Origin: Mobula hypostoma
Lineage: Eukaryota
NCBI RefSeq assembly: GCF_963921235.1
Contig: NC_086097.1
Coordinates: 75,332,001-75,396,000 of the forward strand
Direction of reading: 5' to 3'
DNA length: 64,000 nucleotides
Both the position numbers and the translations under genes were made by a program. The notes beneath the pieces were generated by a model. It did not search any database and was not told where the DNA came from. It saw nothing but the letters and a program-made list of their open reading frames with translations. Below, piece after piece: positions 39,506 to 50,935 of the stretch. Numbering within the stretch: position 1 is the stretch's first letter; the number at the start of each line of letters is the position of its first letter.

Positions 39506-41319
39506 CTGAAAAGGAGGGATTGGTCATGCAAGAGCATGCAACTTTCAATGTCATGACAGTTATGGGTACTAGGCATCCGATGAAATTCCCGTCCTCTGTG
39601 CAGCACATATCATGACACTGGTTTACTCTGCTGTATTCTAGCAAGAGGAACATATTCTCAATATTTTAAACCTGATGTCAATAAAATACAAGAAGTTAAT
39701 TTATTTACCTGTGTTATATCTGATTTTGATTCTAATTCCTCTCACATGTGGTAACACTAATGGATGTTAGGGATGGTCATCCCTCCCCTCCAGTGTTATA
39801 ATAGGCAGTGAAGGGACAAGTATACATGTAATAGCCTATAAATGATAGTGCACCCAGATATGGACCTTCTGGATGTTACCCTGGAGTATTAACAATGATT
39901 TTGGTACTTGGCGCTTGCTATTAACCTTGGTGCTGTCCGAAGACCAAGGCTTTGGGAAAGTTTCGGGAAAAACATACTAGCAGGCAGACCTCGGACTGGG
40001 TCACTGAGGAAGGTAAATAGTTGGATGTGGTGGAGGGATGGGAGAAAGAGGGGATGGCTCTCCAAAAAGAATTGGGATTGAAACGGGGGGGGGGCACTCT
40101 GCAATTTTATTAAGTATAAGGGATCTTCAAAGAAGAATAAGTCTTGGGCACAGATGGTGATCAAGTTAGTAATAAAGTTGGGGGTCACACTTAGGAGTTT
40201 CAGCGATTGCTGGGTCTGGGATATGGATTTCAGAGAGTTGGGTGTGAGATGGCGAGGGGGAGGTTTAGAGGTGTTGGTGCCACGTAAGGGGGGAGCAAAG
40301 AAATGCAAGGCATTTGGCTTATGGGCTCTCAAACCACCACTAAAATCTAATTGCTTTTGGACTTATTAATGATTTTACTCCCAGGATATTTTGAAGCATT
40401 GCAAGGGGACTGATGTAGGAATCTAGTCAACCACATAAATGTATCTCCAGGAAGTAACCAGTTGATTTTCTAGCAAGATGCAAGACAACCCTGGTATGGT
40501 TATTATTAGGTATTATTATGCTTAATTCTAGGTGAGGTTGTGTTTCAGTTGCATAATTCTGATAAAAAACAGCATTGAAAAATTACATTTCCAAGCCTGT
40601 AACTCTATGTACCATAGGAAAAAAAACACTTGAACACTTAAAATCTGCAAAATGGGGCCTCATACAACTAATTCACACCAGCCACCTGAAAAAACAAATG
40701 ATCTTCAGGTTGGAAAATCATCCAGAGCCAGAATATGTCCCTAATGCAAGGAGTGGTTAGGATTCAGAATGCTCAGCCTGACAGGGTGATCAAAGTGGAA
40801 TTAACACTTTTCAACAGGGAACAGGATAAATTACAGTAAGGATCAGTGTCATCTGTTTCATGTTGTAATATTTGGTCATCACTGTACCTCAGCCACGGAT
40901 AAAGAATGAGGATATTCTTTGTAAATAATAATAGAAATACAAAATGAGCCCAGAACATAAAGCGATTGAAGCCAATTTCTGCTCTATGTAGTCTTTTGGT
41001 TACATGCCTTTCTGATACTTGAGGCACCTACTGGTTTTACAAATTCATGAAAAGCACCACATGCCAAATTATAGACAATTTCCCAGTTAACTCTCACTGT
41101 TAATTACTACCTGCAGATATAAAATAGATGCTGAGGTTGGCAGACTCCTTGTCATTAACGGAACTGAGTTAGTATTATGATTTTTCCGAAGAATTCAAGG
41201 AATTTACCATTTTTGTTTCTTTCTCCTGAGATGCATTATGTTAACCCATTTTGCCTCACTCCCTCAATAATAGTACTTTGGGTTTCTCCACAGGCAATTT
41301 ATCATGAGGTGCGAAGCCA

Positions 41320-41640
41320 TTTTGGTTAAATAACTAGACTGGTAACCATGGCCCCAAGACTAATAACTTGGAGCTATGTCTGAATCTGTTTGTGGCAGGT
41401 AGGGAGTTTGATTTCAGTTAATTAAATAAAGATGTGGGAAATGCTAAAATCAGAAATGATGATCATTAAAATATCATTGGCACCTGTCTATCTCATTAAC
41501 GGTCTTCAAGGAGGAAACGGTTTAACTCTAGAAGCAATACAATATGGTTGACTTCTATCTGCTTTCAATAATGGTCCAATGTAGTTCATGGGCTGCAGTT
41601 GCCAATGACATTCATGTCTTGCGAATGAATTTAAAACAAC
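41320..41640 (+). mobile_element. Ancient chondrichthyan-type tRNA-derived SINE remnant
   Basis: TTCAGTTAATTAAATAAA...TGGTTGACTTC...GTTGCCAATGACATTCATGTCTTGCGAATGAAT resembles a common shark/ray SINE (recall only). Confidence 0.55.
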
Positions 41641-43125
41641 AATTCCCCTACACTAGTATTTCATGGAAGTGCAAAGCTAACAATGGTTGCAGCTCGTGTT
41701 GTCAGCCTTCCACCTACATTCACAAGTGTGGTTGATGTGTCTCTAATTCAGAGGACTAAAGCTTGCACAGTTTATCATTCACAAGATTCAGAGTGACTGA
41801 TCTGAGCCAACTACCACCTTGTGACCTAGAGTCAATTTCATCCATTGACACAGAAGCTTACATTATCAGCCAGTATTGTACAACTATTTAAAGCAAATGA
41901 TAGTTGCTTTGTACAAATATGTAGCCTCACCCCTTGCACTTGTTTACAATTATCATTACAGAATTAAGCACAATTATTTTCTGAGCATTACCAATTCAGA
42001 ACCTTGTCCCACCAACATGTCACACTTCCAAATTCTGCATCTAATTTCCTCTATACAATCTCTTTTGGGCAGTTATTTAAAGTCTAAACATAAAGTGCAA
42101 AATCTAGCCCATCACTTTTATCCATCACAATATGTTGCTTCAGGGCTTTTGACAACTGTACCAAAGTTCTCCTGCAAAAAACAATTATAGATAGCAGAAT
42201 GACAAATATATCCAGCAACCATCTGAACTGTCCCAGTGCAACACCTTGGCTGTCCACCTGTATCATCTAATATTATTTATTTTAGGTGACAGCAGCATGT
42301 GAAACATTGCATGTTGTGTGTTACGCAACAGCAAACAGTGTATTCACAGATCTTTCCAGGGTTTACTCTGATCTCTCCCCTATGAGATCTAAACAGCTGA
42401 ATCACATTTTGAAAGTGTCAAATGTGCACTCTGTGACTATCTCTGTGACAAGATGAGTGCCATTATAATTCTCTTGTGACCAGTTTGTGTTTTGGCACAG
42501 GAGCCATAAGCCGCAGTTTCAGACCATCGCCTCTTTTATTTGCCAGAGAATTGCAATCATTGGTAAGTGCACAGACATAGTACGCTGATACTGACATCTG
42601 TAGGTTGATGCCTAACCTAACAACAGGCCATCCAGCAGTTCCTTACGGAAATCTCCACCTAAATGAAATGAAGTATTTGGATGACTCCAGAAAAAATGGT
42701 TCAGGTGCCTGTACTGATAATGCTGGCATCTCACACTCTGATAGAATAACACCTTTGTGAATGTAGTTGCTTGAATTCAATTTTGAATTAGTTGTCTGTG
42801 GACTGTTGAACCAGACTGGGCTCAGCTCAGTCCACTGCCTGCGCATGCATTCTCCTGGTGCCCCATGGTCATGTTCACCTTTTGTGGCCACTTGGCTTCC
42901 AACACGTGGCTTTGTGGCCTGGGGTCTGAAGATCGGGGTCTGAAGATCAGGCTGTGAATGCTGACCAGGTTGCTGGGCAACAGGTTCTGAACCCCACCTC
43001 TTGCACCATTCTGATGGTATTTGACAGCTCACGCTTCCATAGGCCTGTTCCACTGTTTGTAAGCAACACACATCAAAGTTGCTGGTGAACGCAGCAGGCC
43101 AAGCAGCATCTATAGGAAGAGGCGC

Positions 43126-43161
43126 AGTCGACGTTTCAGGCCGAGACCCTTCGTCAGGACT
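43126..43161 (-). ncRNA. Minimal type-I hammerhead ribozyme, intact core
   Basis: Minus strand reads AGTC-CTGACGA-A-GGGTCTCGGCCT-GAAACGTC-GACT, with palindromic ACGT in place of stem III. Predicted GUC cleavage falls between 43130 and 43129. Confidence 0.88.
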
Positions 43162-43455
43162 AACTGAAGGAAGAGTGAGTAAGGAATTTGAAAGCTGGAG
43201 GGGGAGGGGGAGATGCAAAATGATAGGAGAAGACAGGAGGGGGAGGGATAGAGCCGAGAGCTGGACAGGTGATAGGCAAAAGGGGATACGAGAGGATCAT
43301 GGGACAGGAGGTCCGGGAAGAAAGATGGGGGGGGGGGTGACCCAGAGGATGGGCAAGAGGTATATTCAGAGGGACAGAGGGAGAAAAAGGAGAGTGAGAG
43401 AAAGAATGTGTGCATAAAAATGAGTAACAGATGGGGTACGAGGGGGAGGTGGGGC

Positions 43456-45290
43456 CTAGCGGAAGTTAGAGAAGTCAATGTTCATGCCATCAGGTTGGAG
43501 GCTACCCAGACGGAATATAAGGTGTTGTTCCTCCAACCTGAGTGTGGCTTCATCTTTACAGTAGAGGAGGCCGTGGATAGACATGTCAGAATGGGAATGG
43601 GATGTGGAATTAAAATGTGTGGCCACTGGGAGATCCTGCTTTCTCTGGCGGACAGAGCGTAGATGTTCAGCAAAGCGGTCTCCCAGTCAGTGTCGGGTCT
43701 CACCAATATATAAAAGGCCACATCGGGAGCACCGGACGCAGTATATCACCCCAGTCGACTCACAGGTGAAGTGATGCCTCACCTGGAAGGACTGTTTGGG
43801 GCCCTGAATGGTGGTAAGGGAGGAAGTGTAAGGGCATGTGTAGCACTTGTTCCGCTTACACGGATAAGTGCCAGGAGTGAGATCAGTGGGGAGGGATGGG
43901 GGGGACGAATGGACAAGGGAGTTGTGTAGGGAGCGATCCCTGCAGAATGCAGAGAGAGGGGGGGAGGGGAAGATGTGCTTAGTGGTGGGATCCCGTTGGA
44001 GGTGGCGGAAGTTACGGAGAATAATATGTTGGACCCGGAGGCTGGTGGGGTGGTAGGTGAGGACCAGGGGAACCCTATTCCTAGTGGGGTGGTGGGAGGA
44101 TGGAGTGAGAGCAGATGTACGTGAAATGGGGGAGATGCGTTTAAGAGCAGAGTTGATAGTGGAGGAAGGGAAGCCCCTTTCTTTAAAAAATGAAGACATC
44201 TCCCTCGTCCTAGAATGAAAAGCCTCATCCTGAGAGCAGATGCGGCGGAGACGGAGGAATTGCGAGAAGGGAATGGCGTTTTTGCAAGAGACAGGGTGAG
44301 AAGAGGAATAGTCCAGATAGCTGTGAGAGTCAGTAGGCTTATAGTAGACATCAGTGGATAAGCTGTCTCCAGAGACAGAGACAGAAAGATCTAGAAAGGG
44401 GAGGGAGGTGTCGGAAATGGACCAGGTAAACTTGAGGGCAGGGTGAAAGTTGGAGGCAAAGTTAATAAAGTCAACGAGTTCTGCATGCGTGCAGGAAGCA
44501 GCGCCAATGCAGTCGTCGATGTAGCAAAGGAAAAGTGGGGGACAGATACCAGAATAGGCACGGAACATAGATTGTTCCACAAACCCAACAAAAAGGCAGG
44601 CATAGCTAGGACCCATATGGGTGCCCATAGCTACACCTTTAGTTTGGAGGAAATGGGAGGAGCAAAAGGAGAAATTATTAAGAGTAAGGACTAATTCCGC
44701 TAGACGGAGCAGAGTGGTGGTAGAGGGGAACTGATTAGGTCTGGAATCCAAAAAGAAGCGTAGAGCTTTGAGACCTTCCTGATGGGGGATGGAAGTATAT
44801 AAGGACTGGACATCCATGGTGAAAATAAAGCGGTGGGGGCCAGGGAACTTAAAATCATCGAAAAGTTTAAGACCGTGAGAAGTGTCACGAACATAGGTCG
44901 GAAGGGATTGAACAAGGGGTGATAAAACAGTGTCGAGGTATGCAGAAATGAGTTCGGTGGGGCAGGAGCAAGCTGAGACAATAGGTCGGCCAGGACAGGC
45001 AGGTTTGTGGATCTTGGGTAGGAGGTAGAAACGGGAAGTGCGGGGTGTGGGAACTATAAGGTTGGTAGCAGTGGATGGGAGATCCTCTGAGCGGATAAAG
45101 TCGTTGATAGTGTGGAAGACAATGGCCTGGTGCTCCTTAGTGGGGTCACGATCGAGGGGTAAATAAGAGGAGGTATCCGCGAGTTGTCGCTGTGCCTCGG
45201 CAAGGTAGAGGTCAGTACGCCAGACTACAACAGCACCCCCTTTATCAGCGGGTTTAATAATAATGTTAGGATTAGTGCGGAGGGAGTGGA
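43456..45290 (-). pseudogene. PLE RT/GIY-YIG ORF, truncated, with one nonsense codon
   Basis: The frame is open from the truncation point (~45290, HSLRTNPNIIIKPADKG) to TGA at 43687-43689 (probably CGA>TGA). It then continues LGDRFAEHLRSV...LQPDGMNIDFSNFR to the native TAG at 43456-43458. Confidence 0.9.
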
Positions 45291-45292
45291 GG

Positions 45293-45531
45293 ATCAGTTA
45301 GAAACGATGAGTCGACATTTCAGGCCAGAACCCTTCGTCAGAACTGAAGAATGAAAGATAGGGAAGGATTTGAAGAATGCTAGTAGCTTCAGTTGAAAGA
45401 CCAGTAATTTGAAAGACAAAGGGGTGGGGGAGGACTCATCGTTTCTAACTGAAGCTGCCCGACCTGCTGACTTCATCCAGCGTACTGAAAGTGTTGCTTT
45501 GATCACAGCATCTGCAGATTATTTTGTGTTT
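45293..45531. mobile_element. Second-subfamily PLE pLTR fragment with inversion
   Basis: The minus arm (45293-45432) contains a hammerhead and the plus arm (45433-45531) carries the post-ribozyme tail. Perfect 20-bp inverted repeat at 45294-45313 and 45433-45452. Confidence 0.85.
45310..45345 (-). ncRNA. Minimal type-I hammerhead ribozyme motif
   Basis: Minus strand reads AGTT-CTGACGA-A-GGGTTCTGGCCT-GAAATGTC-GACT. Confidence 0.78.
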
Positions 45532-45574
45532 ACTAAACACTTGAAATTGTCCATAGTAAATTTACAGTAGTTTC

Positions 45575-45742
45575 AAACAAGAGAAGCAAGATTCGGGAAA
45601 AGTCTGCAGATGCTGGAAATCAAAGCAACACACACAAAATGCATGAAGAAATCAGCAGGTTAGGCAGCATCTGTGGAAAAGAGTACAGTCGACGTTTCAG
45701 GCTGAGTCCGGTTGAAGGGTCTCAGCCCAAAACGTCAACTGT
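45575..45742. mobile_element. Short PLE-derived element with head-to-head hammerhead halves
   Basis: A minus-strand tail leads to ACAGTCGACGTTTCAGGCTGAG (45685-45706), inverted against CTCAGCCCAAAACGTCAACTGT (45721-45742) with 3 mismatches in 22. Confidence 0.85.
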
Positions 45743-47251
45743 TTAAATTTAACTTCAGTCACTTATACCCTGCATGGTCAAGTTCTTCTTTCCAGAGTAA
45801 TAACTAGCAAATATACCCTATAATGTAATAAATAACTCATTTTAGCAAAGAAATATGTATTAAGATGTCTATTTTATCTTCACACAGTATATATTACTGC
45901 ATAAGAGTCTACAATTCTAAAATATACCAAGTAACAGAATGAATTAAAGTTACATTGTTTAATGTCAAAATTAAGAGCCAATCCAGTGTATAATTTTGAC
46001 CTTGGAATCATATTTGCCATAATAATTTCCTTCAAAGTAAAGAAACAAACCAAAGAAGCCTTCAGAGTGCCTATGGAGTTACTGTAGGTGTTCATATTTT
46101 CTGCCCTTCCCTGAATGTATTGATCCACATCATTGTGCAATTCCACCATATTTCTGCTATCACCATATCACTGTAGGAGGCAATACAACTATGTCTGGTC
46201 CTGTCATTACCTGATCTCATGCATCTTCCCGCACTCGTCACCAAACAGAAATCTGAAATGTTGTGTGGCATTACACTCACAGCTGCCTTTCTAGGAGGAG
46301 ATGCTCTATGGCTTCCTTAAAATATGCAACAACTTTCCAACAATTTTTGTTCTGTTCCATGGTTAGGTATGGGTTCTTCCTGGTGAATGAATGCCAGTAC
46401 CATATGCAGTTTCTGAAATTACGTTTTGTATTTTGCATCAGTTTTTTAAATCGAAATTTCCTCATAGATACGTTCACTTCTAGCTTTAGAATCATTTCAT
46501 TGTAGGAAACCATTCTGGATGCTGTCCCAGCTAGATTGCTTTTGTTATTTTCTGTTTTGCTTCTATCAGTGGAAGAGCTTCCTTTTCTTTCTGAGAACTG
46601 AAAGGGAGGAATTAAACCTCCATTCTTTCAGCAGTTATAAAATTAAGAACAAAAGTAATGATACAGTGAACAGAGAAAAGAACTGTACTTCACAAGAGGA
46701 AAACTTCCTTTTATCATTTTGTATGATCCGAACATGAAGAAGCAAATGATGAAGTCAAAGGAGAGCTTCTGTGATTCATAATAAATTGCATCCTTTGATT
46801 TAACATATTAGAGGGAAATATTTACAATGTTCAATATGGCAATTATTTAATTTGTTAGAGGTCTTAGAATGTTGATATTCCCTGCAAACTATTTTATCCA
46901 ATATTAAAAAACTTAATATAACATTCCATTTTCCATTTCAAACCATGAGAGTGTTGACTGCTCCTAATATGAACCCAGAAATAACTACTGTCACATAAGG
47001 TAATGAAAGCATTAAAAGTGCAGTATTAAGAGGAGACAAGATGCAATTAGCTAAGAAATTACTCTGATCTTGCTGACATTTTCAAAATAACATAATACAA
47101 TATACATCGCACACTATGATTGACAGTCTAATCCACTTTGATGGCCCAAGTCTGCATAGTGTGAGCAAACTGGTATATAACCAGATAAACCTCACAGCTG
47201 TGAATTCCTGATATGTCCACGCACTACCATCAGTGCACAAAGTCTGCAGGT

Positions 47252-47301
47252 TTAAACAGTGATGAAAGTATCGACCATTAATGACAGGATCATCTTCTTT
47301 C
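47252..47301 (-). CDS. Putative short terminal exon: (G)KKMILSLMVDTFITV*
   Basis: Acceptor GTATTGTATTTCAG|G; phase-1 frame to TAA at 47252-47254. The phase-2 frame is also open to 47082. Confidence 0.2.
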
Positions 47302-48046
47302 CTGAAATACAATACGCTAATCCCTTTTGCCAGTTCTATGAATTCATAATGTAAATTATAAACTCTGGTAATTCATCTCTACTAACACAGTAGTGTTTGG
47401 AAATAGTAAAGAAATCTGTGCCCTCTTTGAAATGCCAGAAGAAGACATGAAATGTTCTTCTGGGCTGTAACATGAAGTCCTGTGTCATTATTAATTTATC
47501 ACATAGCACCAACAAAGCCTCAGAACAAAATATGTTTGTCTTTTATGTAAAATTCACTGTACTTGGAAATTTATAATTTAAAACATAGCAATAAAGAAAA
47601 AAATGGCATTGAATTAATGGAAAGAAGATCAGGAAAAATACAAATGATTTATAACATGGGACTTGAATTTATGCTCTTTAAACTGGTCCTTCATCTGAAC
47701 TCGAGGCCATTTGTAAGGTGATGCTTTTGTACAGCACAGAAAGTAACACTTTCCTGAAGTTACACAATAATGAGCTACAGCACATACAACATAAACAGTA
47801 ACATTAATACAGTTGCATGCACTGCACTAGTGCATTGAGCAGTATCTTTTGGACCGGAGAAAAGTGGCTGCATCATTTATCTGAGATATTGCATTTGAAG
47901 CATTACAACTTCATTTCTCAGCACTAACCTCCTGGATGGATCACATACAGGGGTGAGGCTATGAATTTAGTGACTGTGGCGGCATGTAGAACTGGTGCTG
48001 AATGGTCACAGTTCAGTTATAAACTGTTGTTTTGGTTAGGGACCCA

Positions 48047-48170
48047 TAAAGGGTCTCAGCCCAAACCATCGGCTGCACTCTTTTCCATAGATGCCGCCTG
48101 GCCTGTTGACTTCCTCTAGCTTTTTTGTATGTTGCCTGGATTTCCAGCATTTGTAGATTTTCTCTTGTTT
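48047..48170 (+). mobile_element. Short PLE-derived element starting inside a decayed hammerhead
   Basis: AAGGGTCTCAGCCCAAACCATCGGCTG followed by GATGCCGCCTGGCCTGTTGACTTCCTCTAGC...GATTTCCAGCATTTGTAGATTTTCTCTTGTTT. Confidence 0.8.
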
Positions 48171-49927
48171 GCCATTGTATGTAACCGTGTTTGATTCAGG
48201 CTAATGAGAGCAGGTTGTGAAGGTTTCAGCCTTATGTCAAATGCTTCACCCTCAACTGAGGCTCATGTCAGCAGCTAGATCCTTTCAGATATACACAGGT
48301 TTGATATTGAAGATAATCCATAGCCACTCTTCAGGTTGGATCTTATCGAAGAGTCTGCATTCCTTGGTACTTCCTTTATGAGGTTAGATGGTGGTTACGT
48401 CTTCCATAATGTCGAGTCATTTAGATTCATGAAATTTCATGGAGGAATTACATTACGTTAAAGCTAAAGTACAGGCAATACAATTTGCACAGTCCAAAAC
48501 AAATCAATCTTGAAAATGCTGAGTTACTGAGGCTAGGTATGCAAATAGCTCCTTACTGCAATCAGTAATTAATACGTTCACGTTTAGTGTGAGTGGCCAA
48601 AGATTAATTTTGTTCCCAGTATTTTAAGCTGCTCAAAAGTGAGCAATTGAGTTCATGACTTTTCAGGCACTGCTGACAGAAGAGGAATCAAACTTTGGTA
48701 TTACAGAGTGATGTTTTAAGAAAAGTCAAGTTGTCTCAAACTTTTAGCTGCAGAATGAGATATTCCATTTGCCTGTGTCCAAATTCTCAGGAGAGTCACT
48801 ATAAATGGAGGTAAATTGCTCAGGAAGTCAGGAATAATTCCAATCTTTACTGGATTGTCCTTCTCTCATTTTGTTATCAATTGTGCCTCTTAATTAGTTA
48901 GTTTCATCTATGGTAAAATCTCTTCAGGCTGAAGAAATCTTTTCACCGGAAAAGCCATTTTCACTAAACTACTTAAAGTAACCTGACCAAAATTGACTTG
49001 AGTGAGTTTTCAATTCCTGGACTTCTGTAACTGTAAATCTTTGTCCTGATTGATGCAATTCATCCTGAATTTTAGCAGAAGTTTGAAATAAAAACACTTA
49101 GCAGCCAGATCAGAGGTAATGCAGCAATATACGGTAGAAATGAAGAATGTGAATGAAGTGTCAGCAAGGTTGCCAGCCGTGATAGCTAAGCTAGTGGTAG
49201 AAAACCCAGGGTAGTAATTAAGATTTTACAGTCCTTGCTGGATGAGTAGTTTTGCCCTAATAACTTCACAGCGCGAATGATTGTCATGCACCACAACATT
49301 AACAGGTTGAAAGTTATGTGATAGGGTGGTTACAACAGTCTGGTTTCAATATATATTATTATTTCTTGTACTTAATACCTCTAGAATAAGAAATTAACAG
49401 TCAGCAGTAGTATCATCAGTGCTGCTTAATCACTCTGCTACCTGGCTCATAACGACATGCATCATTTATCACAATTTTTGAGCTTGTTGACTCTCCGCAT
49501 TGTTATCGGCCACCGTCGTCTGACAAGTGTGATCTGCAAATTACTTCTATCAGTCAGCAGTGGTACCCTTGGTGCTGCAATTTCAGTGCCTTCTTTTCCA
49601 CATTGTTTGTTCATTGTTCATAACCAGATGCATCCCCTGCACCATTTCTAAAATTAATCACCTTCTTTGTGCTATTGACCATAGATGGCTCAAAAGATCT
49701 GGACTGGTGAACAAAATTGTAGAGGTCATGACTTTAGTGGTATATCACAATATAACTTCTGGTATCATAATCACTCAACTGATGTTAATCGGTGTTTTTT
49801 TTTCGTGTCACTGAGGATAACTAGCCACATGTCTAGTTGTAAAAAGATGCACTGCAATCTTGATATTCTTTTCAGTGCCACATGGCATATCCGGCTGCAA
49901 CCTTGTCACTCTTTAACATTTTGTCTG

Positions 49928-50062
49928 TTTTTCCCAAGGCCGATTTGCTAGCTTGACGCTCAACCCAGCACAGACAGAAAGCATGCAAGGAGCCAGCCAG
50001 ATTTGAACCCAGGACCACTCAGCTCGAAGTCTGGTGCTAATGCTACTACACCACTGGCTGGC
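49928..50062 (-). mobile_element. tRNA-derived SINE
   Basis: Minus strand has box A TGGTGTAGTAG and box B GGTTCAAATC, then a non-tRNA body ending in an A-rich tail. Confidence 0.75.
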
Positions 50063-50202
50063 TGACCTTGATATAGCATGTCTCATTATACTGCAGCATC
50101 AAATATATCAAATCTCTCAATATGGAAATTAGTTAAATGTTACTTTCAGTTTAATGCAGTTAACTTAACAATAGTGTTAAAGTTGTCCTTTGTCACCAAA
50201 GA

Positions 50203-50497
50203 TAAACCATATAAACCATATAAACCATATAACAATTACAACACGGAAACAGGCCATCTCAGCCCTTCTAGTCCATGCCAAACTCTTACTCTCACCTAGT
50301 CCCACCGACGTGCACTCAGCCCATAACCCTCCATTCCTTTCCTATCCATATAGCTATCCAATTTAACTTTAAATGACAACATCAAACCTGCCTCAACCAC
50401 TTCTGCTGGAAGCTCGTTCCAGACAGCTACCACTCTCTGAGTAAAGAAGTTCCCCCTCATGTTACCCCTAATCTTTTGCCCTTTAACTCTCAACTCA
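50203..50497 (-). mobile_element. Young CR1 3' end with (TATGGTTTA)3 tail
   Basis: ORF 50296(-) reads RGNFFTQRVVAVWNELPAEVVEAG. TAAACCATA x3 at 50203-50229. Confidence 0.93.
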
Positions 50498-50935
50498 AGG
50501 TTTCACTTTATTCCTTCATTTCAGAATGTTTAATGTACAAATTTGGGCTTCCACGTCATTAACTCTCATTTCCAAGTAAATCATAATTTGTTTATGACTG
50601 GGTTTTTACATCAGTAATTTTCTAAATTGCATTTTATTACAGTTGTTACCCAAGCATAATTAGTGATCCTGTTCACTCCATATATAGTATTTGGACTGTG
50701 GCATAGCCTTCCTTCACTGCTGCTGCAGTAGTTGGTGGTTGATCAGAATATTGTAGGTTTACTTGGTTGAAGGTGGAGCTAAGAGTGGAAATTGTGTGAT
50801 ACTGTCTCACAGATCTTTGCCATCCAATGAATTATGAACCAGGAACAAAGTCAAATAATCTTAGAATCATGAGCCAGACAGTCATATTACTTCAAATTCA
50901 TTTTCCTAATAGTTTTACAGAAATTTACCAGTAAT

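Larger units (their letters stand above)
43061..45292 (-). mobile_element. Young 5'-truncated Penelope-like element, Neptune type
   Basis: Contains the KPADKG motif, RT (MDVQSLY; GVAMG; YIDD), a C-x4-C-x2-C linker (PCKRNKCYTCPY) and GIY-YIG (GVIY...LYIGET). The pyrimidine-rich pLTR carries a hammerhead. Confidence 0.96.

Noticed and set aside
42921..42948. 14-bp tandem duplication GGGGTCTGAAGATC x2 as a ribozyme core
   Set aside because: CTGAAGA is present but there is no GAAA box or stems. It is a simple local duplication.
42643..43478. ORFs 42643(-), 43079(+) and 43110(-), and their counterparts 15169-15612, as proteins
   Set aside because: They run through the low-complexity PLE pLTR and its flank, and recur only because the repeat recurs.
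46281..46412. Minus-strand exon candidate with GTGAGT donor
   Set aside because: The acceptor has a poor pyrimidine tract and the peptide is unrecognised, so support is insufficient.
49995..50062. Functional tRNA gene
   Set aside because: Box A and box B are present, but I could not draw a clean cloverleaf and the sequence continues into a SINE-like body.
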